This document shows positions 24,401 to 38,910 of a stretch of DNA of 64,000 nucleotides, one piece after another. The DNA is from Marsupella aquatica (lineage: Eukaryota; Plantae; Marchantiophyta), in NCBI GenBank assembly GCA_973895155.1, contig OZ316896.1, positions 12,132,549 to 12,196,548 on the forward strand. Direction: 5' to 3'. The number at the start of each line of letters is the position of its first letter. Position 1 is the first letter of the stretch. The notes under the pieces are model-generated. The model had not been told where the DNA came from and searched no databases. It saw nothing but the letters and a program-made list of their open reading frames with translations. A program made the translations under genes and the position numbers.

Positions 24401-27400
24401 TCGGATACTTTATTATAATTGCGTTCTGCAGCTTCTAAGTCATCCTCAGCATGAAGTCCCTGACGCGCATGCATAGCTCAAACTCCATTCGATCCATCAT
24501 TTTGTGCCCTTGAAAATGAGTGATTTGGAGGCGATGACAAGAGCCTATTCCTCCGCTTGGGAATCTTGCTACTGAAGGAAGATGTAGAACTTTAATTTGT
24601 AGATGCAGAAAGTCAGTTTGGGGTCCATAGCAAGAATTTTGCAACTCCTCTGTTTGAGGACATTGTGCTGCATATGTTCCATATGCTATGCCCCCAATTA
24701 TCGGCCAGCTTGGGCAGGAAGGCTTCGTCGACTAGCACCTCCAATCGATTTTGGGGGCAACAAAAATTTGAGTGAACGCCTTAGTATGGCTGTATGGGTA
24801 AATCCCATTGGACCTGGTGGGCGGAAGAGCTTCTTTAGGCACTGGCTCCATATTTTCCAGCCAGTCCGCTACTCCTCTCACTTGAGGGATGGAACTCTGC
24901 AAGCACAAGTTACAGTTCTCCGTTGTTAAAAGAACAAGGTGATTATGTGAACCGACTGACATTTTAATACTAGAGAGTCTGTCTGCTCAATTCAAGTTTC
25001 ATCCTAGCTTGATTTTCATTGGAAGGGCTCCTGAGCTTTCTGGGATGGTAAAAGATACTTTTAGCTGGACCGGTTCAATTCTGTGAGGCTGGTTGCTATG
25101 GTGTTATCAGATCAATAGATTTGCTGGTACTGTAAATTTTTGTGACTTCAAAAGCAATGCATGTGGTATTGCTACTACACCTCTCAACTCTCTTATCTTC
25201 GCAGACCGAGTACTACTCCAATGCAAGGCAATTGTATGTACAAAGTTGAAGTTCCAGGTACAGCCATGCATAATGTAGCAAATCGAAGCTTCTCAGCGTC
25301 ATCACTTCATTGCCAAGTCACTGGTCCAAGACTCTTGAAAATCTTGTGATGATCGATTGCAGGACGAAGCGCTCAACCCCAAAAGAACGGAGCATCTTTT
25401 CCATTGCAGTTACGTCGAGCATTCGACACATGCCTTGGCATGGGTACTGAAAACGGGTCCCAATGAAAGCATCTCAGTAGACCTCGCCCCAATCATGCAC
25501 CTGATAGTGGCAACTGAGATGAGTGTGTGTCCTTGTTCTAGTAGCATGGGGTAAAAAAGCCACAATACCTCACATGCCTCAAGTCTGACCTTCGGTTGTA
25601 AAGAATATGACTGATCATGTCCATTTTTGTGCTGTGATCGATCACTGGATTAAGGACCTCTTGCATAACACTCACCACTTTTGGAGAGTTTGCTGTCGTA
25701 TATGTTCCCCATGACTGTGTTTCTGTATTTGAAACTACAATATGGAGCAGAACTTCAGGTCATCATTAACTCCAGATCCAAGTAGACTCCATGAGAAGCT
25801 CCACCCTGGCCAGTCTCATCTGTTGTGGGGCGGATAAGAGCCTACAATTTTATGTCCTTAATATGCACCCTCACTTACTTCCTCAAATTCTGGCTCTGAT
25901 TAATTGGTAGCAAAGATAGCTCTGAGGTTCTAGGCGGATTCGTTTACAAATTTATCAGGTTCCCCTTGTCTTAATTTGAAATTAGATTTAACAAGAGGAA
26001 CAAGTCACTATAAATATCTAAGTGTTTTATGAAAATTATGTGTCCTCCCCAGTTCTCTTAATTTAAAATTAGATTTGACAAGACAAACAAGCCCGCAAAC
26101 AAGTCCCTAGAAATATCTTAAGACAGTGTTCTATGAAAGTTATGTGTCCTCTTGCATGATTGAGTCCTACTTGACTACCTATATGATCATACTTTACCTA
26201 TAATCCTCTGAATGCAGCATGTGGGATCCTGCAACAACTTAACCAAATTCAAAATTAAGTTAAAGCCCCTTTGGATGAGCTCATTACATCATGGCAGATG
26301 AAGTAAATAATTTGGATCTCCATGCTAGTGTTCATCCTACTTTCCCCTAGTTCTGAATATCTCTAGCTTCACTATCATTGAGGCTACTTGCTTGGATCAA
26401 AGTTCAATCTCAGATCGTTCCCAAATTGTTTTTCATTATTTATATTTTCTTCCAGTTCTGAATCGCTCTAGCTTCACAAGTGTTTACATTTTGGTAGCAG
26501 AAGGGGTCTCGCTCTTATAGAAACTGTCCTTTCCAAATTGGTTTCCAGAAGAAGATTGAGGGAGAGAAAAGGATAATGTGCCAAACTATGACAGATGTAA
26601 TGTGTTGTGCATACTTAGTTGATTTTCCCTTCAATCAGACATGGACTTAGCTCAAAGGGGTGAATCATGTATCAAAAGCAATTGTATGTTCTACATTAGT
26701 TTTGTATGACTTTGTGTTGTGCATTTTTATCTCAACACCCTAACTTGACTTATGCGCCAAGGGGAAGTCAGACCATATAGTCCTTGAAGAGTAGCTTTTG
26801 ATCACAATTATATAGTTAGATCGCCCCATATTTTTGTAGACAAAACTATCAGCATGTAGTGACAACTTACTGATGTTCTAAGTTCTAGTGGTGGCCTATG
26901 AAAGAATTAGATGAAACTTGAAAAAAAACTGGATCATGCTTTTAGGTACATAATCTGTCAGGACACCAGAGCCACCATTCCCCACATACATCACTTCATT
27001 AATTTTAACAATGTTTTGGACAACATCACAAAACTGAAATTTTGTTTGTTTGTATCTATTGGACATAAGAGTGATTGCTACAAATGGCTATGTCCAATTT
27101 ATGTTTTATGCATGACACCATGCCATCTTAATATGCTATAACAAATTCATCTATTTTATATCCCTATGATGTCTATGCAATGCTGAAAGTTTATTTAATT
27201 ACATTATGAAACATACATACTTTTGATGTAGATTTGCTATTGACATTTTAATTAATTTGATATAAACCTTATGTTCCATCTATAATTGGTGTGTAAACTA
27301 CACATATATAACTGTCATAAATTTTTGACCAAATAAGCTTAAAAAAATTTTGAATTAAAAACTTTGGAGGAAATATTCAACCAAAATAAGCAGTGAAAGT

Positions 27401-27664
27401 GAAAGATTTCCACAAAATTTCATAGAAGTTAAAGTAAGGAGAAAGGGAAAACTGTATTTCAATAAACTTTGTTCCTCTAAACTACATAGTATTTCCCAGA
27501 GTCGTGCTTTGTCAGCCAGTTTTGTTCGACTGTTTCTAGAGATAACCTAATTCCATTAAAGTGTCAACATGTGAAGATACCACAGCCAGTTGGAGACATT
27601 CACCGGTGGTAACCTTTGAAAGACCTCACTGCCGGAACATATTTGCAACTAACTACCCTTTTGC

Positions 27665-29174
27665 TCAGTCTGAAGACAAAAAATTGTCAGCTGATACAGG
27701 CCGCTCCACAGAAACCTCAACATGAGCATATTCATCTATTCGAAGGCCAACAGCAAAAGCTGCTGCACGGCTCTTTCCTATCTCTTGCACAACCCTTACT
27801 GCCCCATGAAGGACTGGCCTTGAGTTGCTTCTTGACGCTGACTCCATCCTGTGAACCCAACAATTATGTGAGAAAAGCCAATCACACATGAAGACTCAAT
27901 TACCTCTCCTGTCAAATGAATCCAGATCAAAAATTATCAACAGCATACACCTGGCAGGCTGACTCAAAACACAAATAAACAGAAGCAATATATAAAGGCT
28001 ACAAGATAGAGTAACCTACAACTATCTTAACCAAGATCATTGGGATGAGCAATCAATAATAAAATTATTGGGATTCTTGACCGATCTCCTTCAGCACTTA
28101 CTTGACTGGTTTAGTTCCTTGTGAATTACATTTCCACTAGTCTGAAAGAATGACGAAAGCCATGCACACGCATGTTGACATGCATAGAGAGTATGTGACA
28201 CATCATATTAAACAAGCACAACTCGTCCTCTTTCGGATGATGATTATCTGTATTGAATTACATATAGAGCTTAAGTACTCCAAGATAAACAATCAAATTC
28301 CTAACATTGTGCAACACAGCCAAACAAAATTATTGAATGTTCTCCAACCTTCTCATGACCAACTTAATGAGAGGTTGAGGACGACGCTGGTGAGATATAT
28401 GCCTGCCGTTCTTTAGGACTCTAGGAGTAACTGCATCCATAGACTCGATGACAGTCCCATCTTTTGCTGCAAGAGGTGGTTCAGGAAACTTCAAAATTGC
28501 TGTTATCAAATATGCCCATCCCCTTACACACACTTCTATCCTCCCCTAACGGTCCTGCAAACTCAAACTTGGGACTTAGTCCAATGCTCAGTGTATCTCG
28601 CCTGAGACATGTAAAATAAAAACTCGCGAAACTACCAACCTCCACGAACCTCTAATATAGAGACAGGAACATAGAACAAACCAGTCAACAAAACGTAATA
28701 GAGAATACCCAGGTTGAAAGCAAAGAGGGAGAAACAAGAAGTACCTCCCGCAAGAGAGAGCTTGGCTGCAAAGAAAGACGAGGCAGATAATAACAAGTGA
28801 GTGAGTTCATTCATTCCCAAATGGTAATACAATCCCATTGAGCTTCATTTGTTAGATAAAAAAGCTAGCCCCATTTGCTAGATGCAAAGAATCTTTAGAT
28901 GCGAGTATGAAGGGATCAATTGGGCAACCCTCTGGCAATCTGGACAACAAGTTATCTAGGATACAATAAACATGAAGTAGGTGGAGACATGAATAGTGCT
29001 AGTCAATGCCTTGAGAGACTGTCTGTCCAAAGGTATGAGATTTCAGAAAACTTACCACTGCAGTAGCAACACTAAAGGGATCTCCTGTGGCCAACACTGA
29101 AACCATTGCCAGTGCATGCCGCACATCCTATACTGTCTTGAACAAAATTAAATCAGAGATCATACAGGAGACAC
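27665..29174 (-). pseudogene. TASH3: Internal, intron-containing fragment of the TPLATE/TSET complex subunit TASH3
   Basis: Exon-like blocks: GVS...DVRHALAMVSVLATGDPFSVATAV (29174-29056), GWAYLITAILKFPEPP...RRPQPLIKLVMRRLE (~28555-28340) and RMESASRSNSRPVLHGAVRVVQEIGKSRAAAFAVGLRIDE (~27850-27665). These match the TASH3 segment RRPQPLIKLVMRRLESSFRSFSRPVLHAAARVVQEMGKSRAAAFA as recalled. No N-terminus or SH3 domain is present, and there are stops and frameshifts. Confidence 0.75.
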
Positions 29175-29383
29175 CTACAAATTGTCAGACATCTATAAAT
29201 CATGCACTGGTAAGAGCAGAGCAAGATTGTTACTCACTGTAGACAAAGGAGTGCTAGATGGAAACATGATTGGCCATAAGAGATTCATGGAAATGTATTT
29301 CCCGGACTACTAGTCAACAGCAAACCCTCAAGAAATGTAGACATTTGGGAACCAAGAACTGACCTGCATTGCATGGTCCACCA

Positions 29384-30290
29384 TTACAGTTTGAATCTGT
29401 TTTCAAAATATGTGCCAACTTGAGCAAAATTAGGGACACAATGAATCACTTTAGCAATGTTTGTTACCTCCACAACAATATAAGGCACTTTGGATCTTTT
29501 GTAAAGTGCTTTCCTGCTTGTAGAGGTTGTCGTGCCTTCATCAACCCACTCGAGTTTTGTGCAGTGCAATAACTTCCAATCTCCATCCCTTGGCAGCTTT
29601 TCCATCATTCTAACAAATGCTAGATGCTTCATGATCTTCTTGCCACCCTCATCAATGACTTCACAAGAAATCAGCAACCTCAATTGACCATAAGATGTTA
29701 CAGGATCAACGCCAGCTTCTTCCATCCCGGGCTTCCATCTGAAGAGAGATGAAGAGAGCTTACACTGTAGAGACTTGGTAAGGCCGACGGGCTTAGAGTT
29801 CAGTAAAGCTCTCTTGTGTGTTCCCGTGGACGTAGCCTCGAGGAGGTGAACCATGTATCTCTTGTGTCGACTACTTGCACATTGGATGTGTCATGTGCTT
29901 ACCGTTACGAGTGTCGTCTATGCTCAACAATGGTTTTGTTCGGTTGGATCATATCCCTCTTGCGTGGAGTTCTTCCATCTTGTTTTGAAGAGGACGAGGG
30001 AAGGTGAGCATTCCTTGGATCGTCAGTGGAGCAAAACGCTCCGTTGTAGGAGCTCCGCAGAGATTTGGTACATCTATTCACAATTTTGCTTCTTCTTCCG
30101 ACTCTATAATTTGTGGTATTGTCACCTGTGTGAAAGTGCTTAACTCGATAGAAGGATCTCGTAGTGTCAAATTCCATTTCAGGGAAGAGCTTGTGTAGCA
30201 ATTGTTTTGTGTAGGCTTTGTACCTGAAGTTTTAGTTGATCTGTGTCTTTTTAACGGACTTACGTATCTGTTGCCCACGGTATGATTTTG
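29384..30290 (-). mobile_element. Degenerate C-terminal remnant of a Plavaka/CACTA-like transposase
   Basis: YGQLRLLISCEV...HLAFVRMME...YIVVEVTNIAKVIHCVPNF...YFENRF fits the C-terminal BAH-like pattern of Plavaka/CACTA-type transposases as recalled. Upstream frames are broken, and no DDE core was seen. Confidence 0.5.
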
Positions 30291-30299
30291 TCCATCAAC

Positions 30300-30881
30300 T
30301 GTGTGCAGGCATCTCCTATGGGGCAACAAGAGGTCCTGGTGAAGAGAAAACGAAGAAGACCTCCAAAAAACTCTCGGCCAGTGGATGGCAAGAGTAATCA
30401 AAGTGTGCAAACATCTCGTACGGGGCAATAGGAGGCCCTGGTGAAGAGAAAACGAGGAAGGCCTCCAAAAAACAGAAAACGAGGAAGGCCTCGAAAAAAC
30501 TCTCGACCAGTGGATGGCAAGAGTAATCAGAGCACGCAGACATCTCCTATGGGGCAACAGGAGGTCCTGGTGAAGAGAAAGCCAGGAAGACCTAAAAGAA
30601 TTCCAGATGTGATTAGTACTTCATCATACACAGATGAACATTGTCCGAGTGTGCAGGCATCTCATTTGGAGCAACCGGTGGCCCCACAAAGAAGAAAGCA
30701 AGGAAAGCCTCGCAAACTTCCATTTGTGATGCGGAGTACTTCAGTCCAAAGATGTCATAGTCTGGCCCAGCTTGCACCCAAGACAGACTCTTCAGGAAGA
30801 AGAGCACCAAGACAACCTCAAGGTTGTGGGAAGTTTCACAACCCGTCACTCCCCTTGCCGTTGGCCAAGAGTGAAGGTTAG
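30300..30881 (+). pseudogene. AT-hook repeat coding block, tandem ~100-130-bp units with one in-frame stop
   Basis: Repeated peptide SPMGQQEVLVKRK(R/P)GRP(P/R/K)KNSRPVDGKSNQS with (R/P)GRP AT-hook cores. There is a TAG at about 30429 and a donor-like GAAG|GTTAGT at 30878. Confidence 0.6.
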
Positions 30882-31106
30882 TGCCTTGTTGTCGGCTTTG
30901 AGAATTGTTGTTACATCTCATTATGTTTGATGAAGTGCTGACTTTTAGAGATTTGATCAGGTATATAGAAGCATATTAGTCAGCTTCTGGTTATAATAAC
31001 TCTCTTTTGTTACATTTCTTTATGATCGATTCCCTTGACGGCTGTCGAAGGGTGGCACAGTTTGCTTAATCTGGTCCTGATGTGCTGCTTGGGGTTGGGG
31101 ACATAG

Positions 31107-31420
31107 GTGACAAAGAAACACAACAAAGATTGTTGGAAGTTGCTTCGCTTGATAGGTGTACCTGTTGTGGAGGTATTGACAAATTTTCATAATTCGCAAG
31201 TTGTAGCCAGCCCTAATGACCTGGGTAGATGCGTAGATCCTTTCTGCTATGTTTCTACCTGTCAGACCATACTTGGTCCGTGCTTGCTCAACTATAAAGT
31301 TTAAAGTATTATTGGCTTGGACAATGATTCTCTACTGGCTGCATCTGTCTAGCTTAATTCACCTTATGTTGTTTGGTCTATCAGGCTCCCTCAGAGGCGG
31401 AAGCTGAGTGTACTGCTCTG
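31107..31420 (+). pseudogene. FEN1: Two-exon fragment of flap endonuclease 1 (XPG-I region)
   Basis: Exon 31107-31172 encodes VTKKHNKDCWKLLRLIGVPVVE and exon 31385-31420 encodes APSEAEAECTAL. They are joined in frame by a GT-AG intron and match the FEN1 signature VTKxHNxxCKxLLxLMGVPVVEAPSEAEAxCAAL. The rest of the gene is absent. Confidence 0.85.
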
Positions 31421-34400
31421 ATTTGGGTTCGATTCGCTCAAGGGTAGGATTTTCTGCACTGAATGTGGGCTCCCAATATTTGCAGATGATTAATTTGCAC
31501 AACATTAAATTACCTCTATTTCTTTTGAAGTCTCTCATTTGCGTTTATGGATGACTTTTTTGTCATGTGGCCTCTCCGTTTGATAATTAGAGAATGGTGC
31601 GATATATATGTAACTGTTATCAACTCCCAGTTATGACATAGATTCCTCAGCAGTCGTAAATATTTTGACAATTTAGTAATACTCTAAATCTGCTTTAGAA
31701 GGTGAATTTGCCTCTCCCGCACGTTTTGGGAAAATTTGGGATTATTGAAGCACCAGTTATTTGGGATTATTGAAGCATGTACTAGTCTGTAACTAGGTTA
31801 GTTCTACATTGTGCAGTAACTTGTGGCTTCCATGAAGTGAGCTGGAACATATTTCTGAGTTGATCTCGTGTCAATTATCTCGGTTTGGCAGATGCTGTGT
31901 GAGAATTTGTATTGTATGAACGTGGGTGCCAATGCTTTGTTTCACAAAGGATTGGTTCATTAGCTCCAAATGAAGAGTGTAAGCATATGGCACGCAGTTG
32001 TGAAATCCCCTTTGGATCCTCTAAGATGCAATCACATAACAACATTCCTCCTTCAATGGACTGTGATACAGGGACAAAAGAATATCATCCCGGGACTACC
32101 AATACACACAATTTCTCGTGAAGCCCTTTATCAGGATCTCAAAGTGTTAAAAAGTGTCTTGTACAAGACCGGGAAACTCAGATGTCAATCATGGGGAAAA
32201 TCAAGGAACAAATAACTTTTAATTGTTTAACTCCAGTCACTGTGCCTGCTCTACCTTGCTCACAACACCCTTTCGCCTTGATAACATGTGTTCGAGTATG
32301 ACAACATTAAAAGAGGGTTGACGTGCTGCAATCATAGTAAAGTAAGAGCAAGAGATGTGTGGTACAATGAGCTGCATGCACAACCCAATAACTAATTCTT
32401 ACCCATTATTAAGTCAATATTACTACATCATCTATATGCAATCTTTTTATGTTTAATACATGGACATATGGTAGCAATCTATTGTTAATTTTTAATGTCT
32501 ACCGGATATCTAACTGACGTTGGTTCAAGTACATGAACATTACAATTTAGCCATGATATGTTTTGATGTAAAAGTTATGACTCATACGTGTCAATGGGAT
32601 ATGCAATCCAATTTACATCAGAATCACATACAACCAATATCAACTTAGCATATTAAGCAGTTTGATACAAATTGACTGTCCAGTACACTCATAGAATTGA
32701 CGAAGAAATCATGTACTAATACAACTTATGTCAAATACATATACACCTCAGTTTCATGATGAAGAGTCAAGCATCTTACCCTTAACCAATGTCTCATTGT
32801 CCAGATACTGGCTCTGCCATTTTTCCTAGTCATGTGGAGGTTAAAGCAACTTGTAAAGCAACTGTCTGCCTTTGAGACCTTCAGGTTTGCTTTACAAGTT
32901 CTTAAAAATGTTATTTTCCTTCAAGAATCCACAAATCCAACTTTAACTTAGGTGGAGTTTGATCTAATAATGGCAATCATGAAATTGTGAAGTAATAGCA
33001 TCTTCTTTGCCTTTCTGCAAAGAATGACCAGAGTGGACATCAATGATATTGGGACTTTAGTTTTCCACTACATTTTCTATGAAGGCCATAGGCCCGGCCA
33101 AAGCAGGATGAAAGAGGGACCATGGATTGCAAGTTCAACTTGAGTCCTAATTGATATCTTACTAGTAAATCACTATCAAAAGCTAGAGTTGAGCTAGAGT
33201 TGAGGTCTAGGCTTCTAGAGTTAAGACTCTAGATCTCTTTTACACGACCCCACCATAAGGGCTCCACCAAAATGTAGGCGACTGAAAAAAATGGGCAGTC
33301 AGGCTCATAAAGACTGATATTCTTCATACCTTCCAGAAATTGGTAAAATAGTGAGGACATGTTGTTTGATTGATGTGTTCAAGGACCTACTAGTTAAACC
33401 TGAGTTTCTTTTGCCTAATCATAAAGACTTGTATTCTTCATACCATCCAGAAATTTGGAAAAAACTGAGGGACTTGATTGATAACTAATCTTGGGCACTT
33501 TTGTTATTTCAGTTTGAATAAGGTTTCCATCTTACAAAATTGGAATCGAAGAGGAATGAAACCCATACAAAATTTGGTATCCAAGAGAGCAAGAGAAAAG
33601 ATATCGTTAAAAAAAAGGTATATAATTCCCTTCTCTTCCCTTCCTCAATCGCTTCCTTATATGCGTGTTTGCTAACTAAGACGATACTTCCAACAAGTTC
33701 CTTCAAACCGGAGAGTAATTTCTCGTCATTCAGTATCATGTAGGGTTTCGGCTCAGTTTAGACATGTAGAATACTTCGACCAGAAATACTTCAAGGTAGA
33801 AGTCCCAAAATTCTTCAAACTTAGGTGGACAGGTTGTCAAAGGAGAGAATCAGTGAAAGACGTGTAGGCAACAAGACTTCAGACAATTAGAAGGCATTAG
33901 AAACTGATGTGAGTTATCGTAAAATCAGAATGTGAAGATTTTGGGAGTTGAGGAGATGACAGTGGATCCAATGAACATACAGGATAACTTCTAACAAATC
34001 ATCGTGCCATTATACCAACTAGTGAAGGAATCTACATACCATACAATTTTGCTAGGATGATTGACAAGTAGAGGGGTACAGTCTTGCAGAGAAGCTGGTG
34101 ATCAAGAGTCTGCATATGGAACTCAATTGTGGATACCGAGGCAAAGGCAATACAATCATAGCTCGTATTGCTCAGATTACAACTAAAAATCAGTTCTTGC
34201 ATCTTTCTATGTAAGTGAGCCCGAGACCACACATTTCAATCGACGTCTGAGGAAATCAGAATGATTCCATACGATAGCCGGGAAACGGACCACTAACAAA
34301 AAACACCTTTCAATAAAGCTTCTTCTCAGCTTTTTTCATGAAACGACTGTAGTGCAAAGCTCCTTATATGCGTGCAATGCAACAAAATAATCTCAGTATG

Positions 34401-34967
34401 CCTGTTTCATTCTTTGAAAGAGCGACTGATCATCACTCACTTGCAGGAAGAGCATGATAGTCCAATGGATCAATTCAAAGTCGAGTAAAAGTTTTCGCGT
34501 TTTCCATCATCTACTATTCAAAGCGACAAGCCGGTCTACAAGCAATTGCATTGCAAAAGTTGACTGAAGTCTTTTGCTTTAAGTGTGAAACAGAGCTGAC
34601 GTTAGTACGACGGCAGTCTGTAATGATTCTAAATCCACATCCCGAGGGCTTGAACTTCCGGCACCTCAACCGAATATTTCCAATTGAAAAACGGATGCCA
34701 CCACCTAGATTTTAATAGCTAAAATAAGCTCGGAACTGTTCAATGCCACCCGAAATGTACAAATGTCTAGTCTCAATCGCTAAGGAGAAAGATTCTCGTC
34801 AAAAACGGTACATCACAGTCGAACACTATGAATGAAAAATATAGCGAATGTTTTTAAATGCTAAATATCTCCTTGACCTGCGGAATCAACTCCTCTTCAC
34901 TAATCGCCCTCGGGGACTTCCTAGAGTATGGGTGGTCTTCGAGTACAGTAAACCTGCCGTTCAAAAT

Positions 34968-38058
<3,091 letters not shown>

Positions 38059-38229
38059 GATGTTGATCGTCCACAATGCTAACGCAGTGTCTATTCCCCG
38101 ATCTCTGCTAAAGTCTATACCGCAAAACCTCACAACCTCTCCTCCTCCTCCGTCTCCTGTATCGAACTCCTTCCGCTCTGCTCTTCCTCCTCTGCTCTTT
38201 CTACCCACTTCTCGAGATCTAGTTTCCCC

Positions 38230-38910
38230 ACCTTATATGAAATCGGATCGCACGCTCCACCGCCCTCGTGCCCTCAGCACCGCCAAGACCAGAATACAAA
38301 GGGGAGCACGAGACACGCACTGCAGAATGCTCTGCAACACCTTAGGGCAAACTCTTAAATGCCAAAATCTAAAGCTCGACAAGGAATGAGCTTTCTAGAC
38401 TCTTCACCCAACAGTTTGCTCTCCTTCTTCTTCTTCTCCGTCCTCATTCGTGCTCTGTCGTCACGGTCCGTCCCGCCGGCTCAACCCGCCGTGTGCCCGG
38501 CCCGCCCGTCCATACGGCCTGCCTTCCGGCCCTACTGTAAAACCTCGGCACGAGCCACGTGTGCTCCACTTGTACGTCGACTGGCCAATGACAGAGTCAT
38601 ATGAGGTATCCCGACCAATCCCATGCCAGGAAATTATCCGTCGGCCAATCACGTCCCGCAAAACTTGTTGGCAGGTGATTCACCTTCGATGCTTGATCTA
38701 ACGGTCGGCAGATATTGGCTCACGTCGACCACGTACTTGGCCCTCGTGGCCCCACCTCCGCCCGGCGGCATTCACCGGCGACTCCGGGAGTCCGGCACGC
38801 CAAAACGGCGACCACCACGACAGAAAAGAGTGGCAACAAGTCCTCCCTAATAAATTTCCACGTCACACCGGCCAATCAAGTCCTCCGTAAAAACTACTTC
38901 CACGTCAAAG
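38230..38910 (-). promoter_or_regulatory. BiP promoter with a TATA-like box, phased CCAAT boxes, a G-box, an ERSE-II-like site and duplicated UPRE-like TGACGTGG(A) elements
   Basis: TATA-like CATATAA on the minus strand at 38233-38239; CCACGTG at 38555-38561; CCAAT at 38585, 38615, 38645 and 38872; ATTGGCTCACG at 38714-38724; TCCACGTCA (TGACGTGGA on the minus strand) at 38857-38865 and 38899-38907. Confidence 0.7.

Larger units (their letters stand above)
23771..33269. mobile_element. Candidate gene-capturing (Pack-type) DNA transposon, ~9.5 kb
   Basis: An imperfect ~85-bp inverted repeat pairs 23771-23860 (TGGTGGGGCCCT...TCTAGAAGCTGCCTAGACCTCAACTAGCTCTAGCTT) with the reverse complement of 33180-33269 (TGGTGGAGCCCT...TCTAGAAGCCTAGACCTCAACTCTAGCT). 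The interior holds fragments of unrelated host genes and a transposase-like remnant. No TSD could be established. Confidence 0.45.

Noticed and set aside
38550-38910. Canonical ERSE-I (CCAAT-N9/10-CCACG)
   Set aside because: No CCAAT box has CCACG/CACG at the canonical spacing on either strand. Only UPRE-like and ERSE-II-like sites are reported.
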